39,876 bases of DNA from Microbacteriaceae bacterium (GTDB lineage Bacteria; Actinomycetota; Actinomycetes; Actinomycetales; Microbacteriaceae), in the NCBI GenBank assembly GCA_041303845.1, contig JBFYOK010000128.1, positions 1-39,876 on the forward strand, read 5' to 3'. A model generated the notes under the pieces. That model had not been told where the DNA came from, made no database searches, and was given only the letters and a program-made list of their open reading frames with translations. Made by a program: the position numbers and the translations under genes. Below are positions 1-7,558 of the stretch, in pieces. Each line of letters starts with the position of its first letter. Positions within the stretch are counted from its first letter, which is position 1.

Positions 1-450
1 GAGAAGACGAGCGAGAACGCGGATGGGGAAGTCAGCTGCGACATCGGCGAGGAAGTCGAACTCCTTCTTGGCAAAAGCGTTGTCGAGGGTCGTCGCGGTC
101 AGACCGCGAAGGAAGGTCTCGTATCGCGCGACGCTGTTGGGCGTGAACTCGTTCTGCAGCAGCCGACGGAGTGCGCGGTGGCGAAGCCCGTCCGAATCGA
201 TGAGGGAGCGGCGAGCCTCCTCTTGGTCCGAGTCAAGCTCTTCGAGGTTGGTGAAGTGGGTGCTTGTGAAGGTTTCTGGGTCTCGCAACACCTTGACGAT
301 GTCGTGGTACTTCATCATCGACCAGAAGCCGCTACCACCGTCAGTTTCGTCGCTCCAGTTGATGGGCGCGGTCTCGCGGAGTTCCGCAAAGAGATCCCAA
401 GGAGCGCCGTTGTCAAAAACATCGAGGTCGGCAAGTGAACGAGTTGCCAT
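1..450 (-). CDS. cytochrome P450, N-terminal 150 codons (gene continues past the window start)
   Basis: Absent from the ORF track because it runs off the window. The reverse complement translates from ATG (450..448) as MATRSLADLDVFDNGAPWDLFAELRETAPINWSDETDGGSGFWSMMKYHDIVKVLRDPETFTS...GLRHRALRRLLQNEFTP, a typical bacterial CYP N-terminus. A GAGGAG SD (rc of 458..463) lies 7 nt upstream. The + ORFs 23..493 and 178..438 are its antisense shadow. Confidence 0.85.
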   Translation of the reverse strand, partial: MATRSLADLDVFDNGAPWDLFAELRETAPINWSDETDGGSGFWSMMKYHDIVKVLRDPETFTSTHFTNLEELDSDQEEARRSLIDSDGLRHRALRRLLQNEFTPNSVARYETFLRGLTATTLDNAFAKKEFDFLADVAADFPIRVLARLL

Positions 451-466
451 TTTGTATCTCCTCATC

Positions 467-489
467 GAGATTGTTTGGATACGAACAAT
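467..489. promoter_or_regulatory. candidate operator in the P450/MarR divergent intergenic region
   Basis: Inverted repeat ATTGTT (470..475) / AACAAT (484..489). The 9-mer GAGATTGTT occurs twice, at 467..475 and 553..561, in an AT-rich spacer between divergent genes. Confidence 0.35.
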
Positions 490-569
490 ATAGACAATAA
501 TACGCGTGGCTCGTCGTGCTTCGTCAAGTCTGTCCCTCATAATCACGTCAGGGAGATTGTTGAGACGTA

Positions 570-1064
570 ATGACTGGTAGCCACACCCTCGCGGAGACAG
601 AAGCGCGCGTCGCGAACCGCCTGAGCCACATGGAACTCGACTTCGAGGCCATGGCGGTTGTCTCGAACCTCTTTCGTGCGGCCAGCGCCGTGCGCAATTA
701 CGTCGAGCGAAACGTGCTGCTTGAGAGTGGCCTCAGTTGGACCGCATTCGTCGTTCTGTGGGTCACGTGGATCTGGGAACCTGCCGAAACCCGGGAGATC
801 GCAGGTGAAGCCGGAATCTCGAAGGCCACGCTCACCGGCGTGCTCAGCACGCTCGAAAAGCGAGGACTCGCGCAACGTTCACGAAGCTCTGAAGATGGCC
901 GTCTCGTTTTGGTCACACTGACGCCCGCGGGCGAAGAACTCATGTCCGGTCTGTTCCCGAAGTTCAACCGTCAAGAAATAGAGATGGTGACGCCCGTCCC
1001 AGCCGGTCAGCGCGGTTCACTGGCCGACATGCTGCGTGCCATCACCGCAAAAATCGACGGCTAA
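570..1064 (+). CDS. MarR-family transcriptional regulator (possibly HpaR-like)
   Basis: 164 aa. Winged-helix region EIAGEAGISKATLTGVLSTLEKRGLAQRSRSSEDGRLVLVTLTPAGEE is a typical MarR signature. Divergent from the P450 gene. Confidence 0.85.
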   Translation: MTGSHTLAETEARVANRLSHMELDFEAMAVVSNLFRAASAVRNYVERNVLLESGLSWTAFVVLWVTWIWEPAETREIAGEAGISKATLTGVLSTLEKRGLAQRSRSSEDGRLVLVTLTPAGEELMSGLFPKFNRQEIEMVTPVPAGQRGSLADMLRAITAKIDG

Positions 1065-1083
1065 CCGGCGAAACGAGCGCGAT

Positions 1084-1815
1084 CTACTTCGCTGCAGTCT
1101 TCGACTTGCCGGATTCGCGCACGAAGGTCTGGAACAGTTCGAGCTGCGGCGAGTTCGAGTCGTAGTTGTCTTCGGGGTGCCACTGCACTCCGAATGCCCA
1201 CGCGGGAGCATCCATCTTGACCGCTTCGACGTAGCCCTCGGTTGACCGGCCAATGACTTCGAGCCCAGGTGCGACCTGGTCAATCATTTGGTGGTGGTAG
1301 CAACTCGCCTCGAGCGTCGGCGACGACAGGCCGAGTTCGGCGACATACGTGTCAATCGTGACGGGGGCCACATGGTGTTGGTGTGGCGAGTCCATGTGCT
1401 GAACGAGAGTTCCGCCCAGCGCGACGTTCGTGATCTGAAGCCCACGACAAATAGCAAGCACCGGGATGCCCGCGCCCAGCGCGTAGCGAACGAGCGAGAT
1501 GTCCGCCTCGTCGGCTAGGTCATCCACGTCGTAGACATGCTCGCTGGCAATCTCTTGGCCATAGGTTTTCGGATTGATGTCCGCTCCGCCAGGCATGAGC
1601 ACGCCGTCGATTCCGCGCAGGCGCTGTTCCCAGTCGGTGCCGGCGGGGCCAGCGGCTGCAATCATGGTCAGCGGCTCGCCGCCAGCGGCCCACACAGCTT
1701 CGGCGAGACGACGGGCCGTGACAATGGCCCCGTATCGAGTTGCCGACGTGGATTCAGCGAAGCGGGCGAGAATCGCGATTCGGGGGCGTTGGCCCGTGAG
1801 ATGCGACTGTGTCAT
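1084..1815 (-). CDS. class I glutamine amidotransferase-like / peptidase C26 gamma-glutamyl hydrolase (PuuD-like)
   Basis: 243 aa. Contains LMPGGADINP, the nucleophile-elbow motif LAICRGLQ, and WHPE near the C-terminus. Confidence 0.8.
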   Translation of the reverse strand: MTQSHLTGQRPRIAILARFAESTSATRYGAIVTARRLAEAVWAAGGEPLTMIAAAGPAGTDWEQRLRGIDGVLMPGGADINPKTYGQEIASEHVYDVDDLADEADISLVRYALGAGIPVLAICRGLQITNVALGGTLVQHMDSPHQHHVAPVTIDTYVAELGLSSPTLEASCYHHQMIDQVAPGLEVIGRSTEGYVEAVKMDAPAWAFGVQWHPEDNYDSNSPQLELFQTFVRESGKSKTAAK

Positions 1816-1872
1816 GAGGAGCCTCCCGAAAAATAGGCACGTCTGAGGAGTTGACTTTCACATCGTACCGAT

Positions 1873-1894
1873 AATCATTAGTATACGAATGATT
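1873..1894. promoter_or_regulatory. AT-rich 22-bp near-palindrome upstream of hpaE (candidate operator)
   Basis: AATCATTAGTATACGAATGATT is self-complementary except for one symmetric mismatch pair, with a GTATAC core. It lies 33 nt upstream of the hpaE ATG. A TTGACT hexamer sits at 1851..1856. Confidence 0.4.
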
Positions 1895-1926
1895 CTTTAT
1901 TCACGACGTTGTGAGGTCCTTTCTAC

Positions 1927-3390
1927 ATGAGCACGATTAGCGTTGCCGGTGCTGACATCGACACTCGCCACTTCATCGGTGGAGCGCGAGTGGCGTCAGC
2001 CGAGACCTACACGAACACGTCTCCCATCGACGGCACGTTCTTGGGCGAGATTTCGCGCGGAGGCGCTGTTGAAGTCGAACAAGCCGTCGCAGCTGCGCGC
2101 GCTGCCTTCCCGGCATGGGCTGCACTGGGGCCGCAGGGTCGTGGCGAACTTCTTCACAAACTTGCCGACCTCGTGGAAGAGAACAACGAAACGCTCTCTC
2201 AGCTCGAGACGATGGATAACGGATCGCTTCTGCGCTCTCACCGACGGGGCGTGATGCCTCGTGTGGCGATGAACATTCGATTCTTCGCAGACTGGGCAAT
2301 GAACGAGCTGCACCACGAACCGTTCGAGACACGTGGACACACCAACAACGTGAGCTGGGACCCGTCGGGAGTCGCGGCACTCATCACGCCCTGGAATGCA
2401 CCACTCATGTTGGCCACATGGAAGATTGGCCCGGCGCTCGCCGCGGGCGACACGGTCATCTTGAAGCCGGCCGAGTGGACGCCGCTCAGCGCATCCTTCT
2501 TTGCCGACTTGACCGTGAAGGCGGGAATCCCTGCGGGCGTTTTCAACGTCGTGCAGGGTTACGGAGCTGAGGCCGGTGCTGCACTGGTCGCGCATCCGGG
2601 TATCTCACGCATTTCATTCACCGGCTCCGTGCCGACGGCCAAGATCATTGCTCGCTCCGCTGCGGACAATCTCACACCGTGCTCGTTCGAGCTCGGTGGA
2701 AAGAGCCCGATGATTGTGCTGGGAGACGCCGATCTCGATATGGCTGCCGAAATCGCGGTCGAGCAGTATGACAACGCTGGCCAGGTTTGCCTGTCGGGTA
2801 CTCGCATTTTTGTGCATGAATCGGTTGCCGAGCAGTTCGCAGCAAAGTTTGCCGAGCGGGCGGCCAAGATCAAGCAGGGCGACCCACGCGATGAAGACAC
2901 CGACATCGGCCCGCAGATTCACCAGGTGCACTTTGATCGAATCAAAGGGTTCGTCGACCGCGCGGCAGCAGAGGGTCAGAGCATTGTCTGGGGTGGAAAG
3001 CCGAACGACGAACTCGGGGGTCTTTACTTCACACCAACTTTGGTGATGGAGCCGACCCCGGGATCAGAGGTTGTCAGCCAAGAGATCTTCGGGCCTGTGC
3101 TGACGATGATGACGTTCAGCACAGATGAAGAGGTCATCGAACGAGCAAACGGCACCGAGTTCGGCCTTGCCGCCGTTGTCGTCTCTGGCAACAAAGCTCA
3201 CGCGAAGAAGATTACGGATGTGCTCGTCGCAGGAACCATCTGGGTGAACTGCTTCTTCGTGCGCGACCTGCGTGCTCCGTTCGGTGGCTCGAAAAAGTCG
3301 GGCATCGGGCGCGACGGCGGCACGTGGTCATTTGATTTCTACGCCGATGTCAAGAACACCGTCGTATCTCCAAACGGATGGAAGGAATAG
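1927..3390 (+). CDS. hpaE: 5-carboxymethyl-2-hydroxymuconate semialdehyde dehydrogenase
   Basis: 487 aa aldehyde dehydrogenase. The C-terminus IWVNCFFVRDLRAPFGGSKKSGIGRDGGTWSFDFYADVKN closely matches my recollection of E. coli HpaE (FVRDLRHAFGGVKPSGTGREGGEYSFEVFAEMKN). ELGGKSP and GQVCLSG catalytic motifs are present. Confidence 0.85.
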   Translation: MSTISVAGADIDTRHFIGGARVASAETYTNTSPIDGTFLGEISRGGAVEVEQAVAAARAAFPAWAALGPQGRGELLHKLADLVEENNETLSQLETMDNGSLLRSHRRGVMPRVAMNIRFFADWAMNELHHEPFETRGHTNNVSWDPSGVAALITPWNAPLMLATWKIGPALAAGDTVILKPAEWTPLSASFFADLTVKAGIPAGVFNVVQGYGAEAGAALVAHPGISRISFTGSVPTAKIIARSAADNLTPCSFELGGKSPMIVLGDADLDMAAEIAVEQYDNAGQVCLSGTRIFVHESVAEQFAAKFAERAAKIKQGDPRDEDTDIGPQIHQVHFDRIKGFVDRAAAEGQSIVWGGKPNDELGGLYFTPTLVMEPTPGSEVVSQEIFGPVLTMMTFSTDEEVIERANGTEFGLAAVVVSGNKAHAKKITDVLVAGTIWVNCFFVRDLRAPFGGSKKSGIGRDGGTWSFDFYADVKNTVVSPNGWKE

Positions 3391-3392
3391 CA

Positions 3393-4298
3393 ATGGGTGA
3401 AGTTGTCGGAGCAGCACTGTTGGCGCACGTCCCAACAATCATGTTGCCCAAAGAGATTCGTTACGAACTCAACGAAGGCAAAGAGATTTCCCTCGTTCCG
3501 GGGCTTCACCGACTTCGCGAAGAGGTCATGGAAAAGCTCGACTACGACACCGTTGTCGTGCTCGACAGCCACTGGGCCACGACGGTCGAATTCGTCATCA
3601 CCTCGCATGATCACCGCGAGGGTTTCTACACCTCAGAAGAGTTGCCACGTGGCATGAGTGGCGTTCCCTATGCGTTCCGTGGCGATCGCGAGCTCGCAGA
3701 ATCCGTCGCGAAGTACGACGAGAAAAACGGCACTTGGATCACCCCCATCGACGACCCACACCTGCCGGTGTTCTACGCAACCATCAACCTTTGGGACTAC
3801 CTGGGTAAGGGACTCGACAAGCGTTGGGTCAGCATCTCTGTGTGCCAGACCGCAACCACGGAAGACTTCTTGCGTGCCGGCCGTGCACTCGGCGAAGCGA
3901 TTCGTGACAGCGACCGCAAGGTGCTGTTGCTCGCATCGGGCGCGCTGTCGCACACGTTCTACCCCTTGCGTGAATTGCGTTCACACGAGGCCAGCGATCC
4001 CAAGCACATCTTCTCACCAGAGGCCCGCGCCGCAGATGAAGAGCGCATCGAGTGGTTCAAGGCAGGCGATCACGCGCGCGTGCTCGAGACGATGCCGGAG
4101 TTCAAGAAGTACAAGCCCGAGGCGAACTTCTCGCACTACTTGACCATGATTGGCGCAATCGGCGAAGAGGCTGTGACGTCGAAGGGCGAGATGTACTCCG
4201 AGTACGAGAACTCGGTGGGCACCGGTCAGGTGCACATCTACTTCCCGAAGCCTGAAGGCGGCTTCCCTGCGCCGAAAGACGTGGTGCTCGCACGATGA
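3393..4298 (+). CDS. hpaD: 3,4-dihydroxyphenylacetate (homoprotocatechuate) 2,3-dioxygenase, LigB/class III extradiol type
   Basis: The ORF track starts at 3378. I prefer ATG 3393, preceded by GGAAGGA and lying just after the hpaE stop. DSHW, ASGALSH and SVGTGQVHIYFP match the HpaD/HpcB motifs DTHW, ASGSLSH and SSGTGQVN. Confidence 0.85.
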   Translation: MGEVVGAALLAHVPTIMLPKEIRYELNEGKEISLVPGLHRLREEVMEKLDYDTVVVLDSHWATTVEFVITSHDHREGFYTSEELPRGMSGVPYAFRGDRELAESVAKYDEKNGTWITPIDDPHLPVFYATINLWDYLGKGLDKRWVSISVCQTATTEDFLRAGRALGEAIRDSDRKVLLLASGALSHTFYPLRELRSHEASDPKHIFSPEARAADEERIEWFKAGDHARVLETMPEFKKYKPEANFSHYLTMIGAIGEEAVTSKGEMYSEYENSVGTGQVHIYFPKPEGGFPAPKDVVLAR

Positions 4299-5173
4299 CC
4301 GAATACCGCCGCATCCTGCTCGATGGCTACCCGGTGCAGGTCGTTCGCGAGGGAGAGACGCTCGTCGCGCCAGACGGGCGACGCATTGCGATTGAGGATG
4401 CGCAACACCTTGCCCCCGCGGAGCCGACGAAGATCATCGCTGTGCACCTGAACTACGACAGTCGCACGAAGGAGTTCATGACGAAACTCCCGTCTGCCCC
4501 GACGTACTTTCACAAGCCCATCACTGCCCTCAACTCGCACAAGGGCGCGATTGTTCGCCCGGCCGGTTGCAAGTGGCTCAACTACGAGGGTGAAATCGTC
4601 ATCGTGATTGGCAAGACCTGCCGCAACATTTCGCCAGCGGAAGCTGGCGAGTACATCGCCGGGTACACCGTCGGCAACGATTACGGACTGCACGATTTTC
4701 GCGACACGGATGCGGGTTCGATGTTGCGCGTCAAGGGCTCCGACACGCTCGCACCCGTCGGCCCCGGGCTGGTCACCGACTGGGACTTCACCAACAAGAT
4801 GATTCGCACATACGTGAACGGTGAAGTGAAGCAAGAAGACAACACCGACAACATGGAGTGGGACATGCACTACCTCGTTGCCGACATTGCGCGCACGATC
4901 ACCTTGGTTCCGGGAGACATGTTGTTCTCGGGCACGCCCGCTTTCTCGCGCCCAGTGTTCCCGGGCGACATCGTTGAGGTCGAAGTTGAAGGCCTCGGCC
5001 GCTTGACCAACCACATCGTCGAAGGCCCCACCCCGATTCGCACGGATGTTGGTGCCCAACCCACCGAAAGTGAAGAGGTCGTTTCGACGGCTCTCGGTGG
5101 AGACTGGGAGTTCCGAGGAATCCGTACTCCATCCAAAGATCTCTACCCATCGACCGTTGAGGAGAAAAACTAA
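4295..5173 (+). CDS. fumarylacetoacetate hydrolase (FAH) family isomerase/decarboxylase of the hpa pathway (HpaG-like, single domain)
   Basis: 292 aa. FAH motifs YEGEIVIVIG, NDYGLHD and KGSDTLAPVGP. ATGA start/stop overlap with hpaD at 4295..4298. Confidence 0.8.
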   Translation: MTEYRRILLDGYPVQVVREGETLVAPDGRRIAIEDAQHLAPAEPTKIIAVHLNYDSRTKEFMTKLPSAPTYFHKPITALNSHKGAIVRPAGCKWLNYEGEIVIVIGKTCRNISPAEAGEYIAGYTVGNDYGLHDFRDTDAGSMLRVKGSDTLAPVGPGLVTDWDFTNKMIRTYVNGEVKQEDNTDNMEWDMHYLVADIARTITLVPGDMLFSGTPAFSRPVFPGDIVEVEVEGLGRLTNHIVEGPTPIRTDVGAQPTESEEVVSTALGGDWEFRGIRTPSKDLYPSTVEEKN

Positions 5174-5364
5174 TGCTCAAGATTCATGTTGACATGAACA
5201 AGTGCCAGCACTACGGCCAGTGTGTCTTCGACGCTCCGAACGTGTTTCGTCTGAATGAGGATGACAAGCTCGAATACGAGCACACGGCTGACGACAGCGA
5301 ACGCGACAACATCCAGCTCGCCATCGACATCTGCCCGATGCAGGCCATTTCGTTCGTCGAGTAA
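5173..5364 (+). CDS. small [3Fe-4S]-type ferredoxin (P450 redox partner type)
   Basis: 63 aa. Cluster motif C-QH-Y-GQ-C ... C-P (CxxYxxC(x)nCP). TAATG stop/start overlap with the FAH gene at 5171..5175. Confidence 0.85.
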   Translation: MLKIHVDMNKCQHYGQCVFDAPNVFRLNEDDKLEYEHTADDSERDNIQLAIDICPMQAISFVE

Positions 5365-5385
5365 CTCACCGAACGCGAGACACAC

Positions 5386-6612
5386 GTGTCAAACCCCGTC
5401 GTCATCGTCGGCGCTTCAATGGGTGGGCTGCGCGCAGCCGAAACCTTGAGGAAGAGCGGATACTCAGGGCCACTGGTCGTCATCGGTGACGAGCCTCACG
5501 CCCCGTACAACCGCCCGCCGCTGTCGAAGGAGGTTCTCGCCGAAGACGTCAGCCACGCTGCGGTGGCTTTCCCTCTCGCCGAGATACTCGATGACGTCCA
5601 ATGGGTGCTGGGGCGTGCTGTTGTCTCGACCGACCTTTCCGCGCAGAACGTGACCCTCGATGACGGCACCACGATTGACTACAGCTCGTTGATTATCGCG
5701 ACCGGGTTGCGTCCGCGCCGGCTCAACCTGCCCGGTCAGCCAACTCACGGTGTGCACGCGATTCGCACACTCGATGATGCAATGCGTCTGCGCAGCGAGC
5801 TCGTTCCCGGAGCTCGAGTTGTCGTATTCGGTGCGGGATTCATCGGATGCGAGACGGCCGCCACTGCCACAAAACTCGGCTGCCAGGTGACGGTTGTCGG
5901 CAAGGGAAGCATCCCCATGCTGCGACCACTCGGCCAGCAACTCGCCGAAGACGTTCAGCGTCGCAACGAAGACCGTGGCGTGACGTTCATTTCGAACGCA
6001 TGCCTCGTGCAGATTTTGTCCGATGAAGCGAGTGACCGCGTCACGGGCGTCGTGCTCGACAACGGACAGACGCTCGACTGCGATGTCGTGATTGAGGCGC
6101 TGGGTTCGTTGCCGAACACGGAATTTCTCGCCGGAAACGACATTGACATCGAATCCGGGGTTCACGTCAACGACACGTTGCACGCATTGCGGGAGAACGG
6201 AGAGGCGTGGGAGAACGTGTACGCAATCGGAGACGTCGCCCGATTCCCCATCCCACAGTTTGATTCTCAGACGCGTCGCGTTGAGCACTGGAACATCCCG
6301 ACCGAAATGGCCCGAAAGGTCGGCAAGCAGGTTGCGCTCGCGCACGGTGATGACGTGGATGCGCATCGAGATGAACTCGCAAAACCCTTCGCGCCCATCC
6401 CGAGCTTTTGGAGTGACCAGTTCGACGTGAGCCTTCTCGCCTATGGGTTGCTCGATCAGGGTGACGAAGTCAAGCTTCTCGAGGGTGACGTCGGCGCCGA
6501 CTGCATCTACGGCTATTTCAAGGGTGACGCCATGGTGGGTGTCTGCGGAATTGGTATGCGCTCAAAGGTGATGGGCTACCGCAACAAAGTTGGTCTCAAC
6601 TTCGCGCAGTAG
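5386..6612 (+). CDS. FAD-dependent NAD(P)H:ferredoxin reductase (putidaredoxin-reductase-like)
   Basis: 408 aa with a GTG start. N-terminal FAD fold VVIVGASMGGLRAAE, a second dinucleotide fold VVVFGAGFIGCE, and the YAIGDVA motif. Confidence 0.85.
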   Translation: MSNPVVIVGASMGGLRAAETLRKSGYSGPLVVIGDEPHAPYNRPPLSKEVLAEDVSHAAVAFPLAEILDDVQWVLGRAVVSTDLSAQNVTLDDGTTIDYSSLIIATGLRPRRLNLPGQPTHGVHAIRTLDDAMRLRSELVPGARVVVFGAGFIGCETAATATKLGCQVTVVGKGSIPMLRPLGQQLAEDVQRRNEDRGVTFISNACLVQILSDEASDRVTGVVLDNGQTLDCDVVIEALGSLPNTEFLAGNDIDIESGVHVNDTLHALRENGEAWENVYAIGDVARFPIPQFDSQTRRVEHWNIPTEMARKVGKQVALAHGDDVDAHRDELAKPFAPIPSFWSDQFDVSLLAYGLLDQGDEVKLLEGDVGADCIYGYFKGDAMVGVCGIGMRSKVMGYRNKVGLNFAQ

Positions 6613-6630
6613 CCCACCGGCCACGATCCT

Positions 6631-7434
6631 CTAGCTAACGAACAGCGGAACAAGCGCTCCTGAGAACACCTGCCACGCGAGCACGCTCTTGGCAACCAAG
6701 CTGAGCGTGATGTACATGCGCTCGCCGCGCAGGTAGTTTCGCCATCCGCCAACCTGGTGGTACTGCAGAGCCTGGTTGATGGCGAAGGTGTTGAAGAACA
6801 CGAACAGCGACACGATGATGCCGATGACGAATCCGGGGACCTCGGCAGCGTTCGTTGAACCGGGCTGCAGTGTGAGGATTGCGATGATGATCCAGGGGAC
6901 GATACCCGTCATCGAGCCGAAGATGAACGGCAGGAACTTCTTGTTTCCCGGTGTCTCGTACTTTTCTTGCAGTGCACCGAACATGATCATGGATGCGTTG
7001 ACCGCAAAGATTGCGAACAGCGCACCGACATCGGTCACGCCTGTGAGCTGGGCGATGAGCCAAATCATGACGGACGAACTGAGCGAGTACTCGGTCCAAC
7101 GGAAGTAGTTGTGGTTCTGCTTCAGACCAGCTGCATAGCGGTTGAAGACACCTGGCCACGAAATCAAGAAGTGGAAGAACGCCGACAAAAAGAGGAAGGC
7201 AACCACACCGAGTCCGAGGTTGACGTCGAACAACGTGACGCGTTCGACGGGGACGTCGACACCGGGAGGGCCGGTCATGTAGTCGACGGTTACGGGGAAT
7301 GCAACCTGAGTACTGAGCTTTGTCAGCACAAACAGGAATGCGGCACCCTGAATGAAGTGAATCGCACCAGCAACAATGTTGTAGACGCGAAGTCGTTTGA
7401 TTTGCTCGTCATCGGAGCGGATTTTGCGTGCCAT
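6631..7434 (-). CDS. heliorhodopsin (retinal-binding seven-helix photoreceptor)
   Basis: Near-collinear match, from memory, to heliorhodopsin 48C12: YNIVAGAIHFIQ, LSAFFHFLIS, FRWTEYSLSSSVMIWLIAQ, FAVNASMIMFGALQEKY, GIVPWI, VPGFVIGIIVSLFVFFN, NYLRGERMYITLSLVAKSVLAWQVFSG. The Schiff-base Lys codon is at 6688..6690. I chose the start at the internal Met (codon 7434..7432, MARKIRSDDEQIKRL). The ORF track extends 28 codons further, to 7518. Confidence 0.9.
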   Translation of the reverse strand: MARKIRSDDEQIKRLRVYNIVAGAIHFIQGAAFLFVLTKLSTQVAFPVTVDYMTGPPGVDVPVERVTLFDVNLGLGVVAFLFLSAFFHFLISWPGVFNRYAAGLKQNHNYFRWTEYSLSSSVMIWLIAQLTGVTDVGALFAIFAVNASMIMFGALQEKYETPGNKKFLPFIFGSMTGIVPWIIIAILTLQPGSTNAAEVPGFVIGIIVSLFVFFNTFAINQALQYHQVGGWRNYLRGERMYITLSLVAKSVLAWQVFSGALVPLFVS

Positions 7435-7479
7435 GGGGCATCTCTTTTCTGGCACCACAGTGTCGGTGCCCTTCTGGTT

Positions 7480-7508
7480 AGTTTGACTGAGCCACGGGGT
7501 ACCGTCAA
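7480..7508 (-). promoter_or_regulatory. candidate promoter for the heliorhodopsin gene
   Basis: On the minus strand, TTGACG (rc of 7503..7508), a 17-nt spacer, then CAAACT (rc of 7480..7485). The predicted 5' UTR contains the GGCACC/GGTGCC hairpin (7451..7470). The -10 match is weak. Confidence 0.25.
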
Positions 7509-7558
7509 TGACCGCCACACCCCAGCGCGCGGGTTCGCATAATGTGAGGAGTGACGAA

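Noticed and set aside
23-493. + strand ORFs of 156 aa and 86 aa at the window start
   Set aside because: They are the antisense shadow of a clear cytochrome P450 reading frame on the minus strand. Their translations are Ser/Arg-rich with no recognisable motifs.
4238-5059. 273-aa minus-strand ORF opposite the FAH-family gene
   Set aside because: It is a long antisense ORF of the kind expected in GC-rich DNA. It is Arg/Val/Gly-rich with no motifs, and the + strand frame has clear FAH motifs and operon coupling.
5464-6366. 300-aa minus-strand ORF opposite the ferredoxin reductase gene
   Set aside because: Same reasoning. The + strand frame carries both dinucleotide-binding folds, and the antisense product has no recognisable features.
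7435-7518. 28-codon N-terminal extension of the heliorhodopsin ORF (MAVIDGTPWLSQTNQ...)
   Set aside because: Characterised heliorhodopsins start close to the conserved basic stretch before helix A. The internal Met (MARKIRSDD) matches that position. The extension cannot be excluded without start-site data, so it is only down-weighted.
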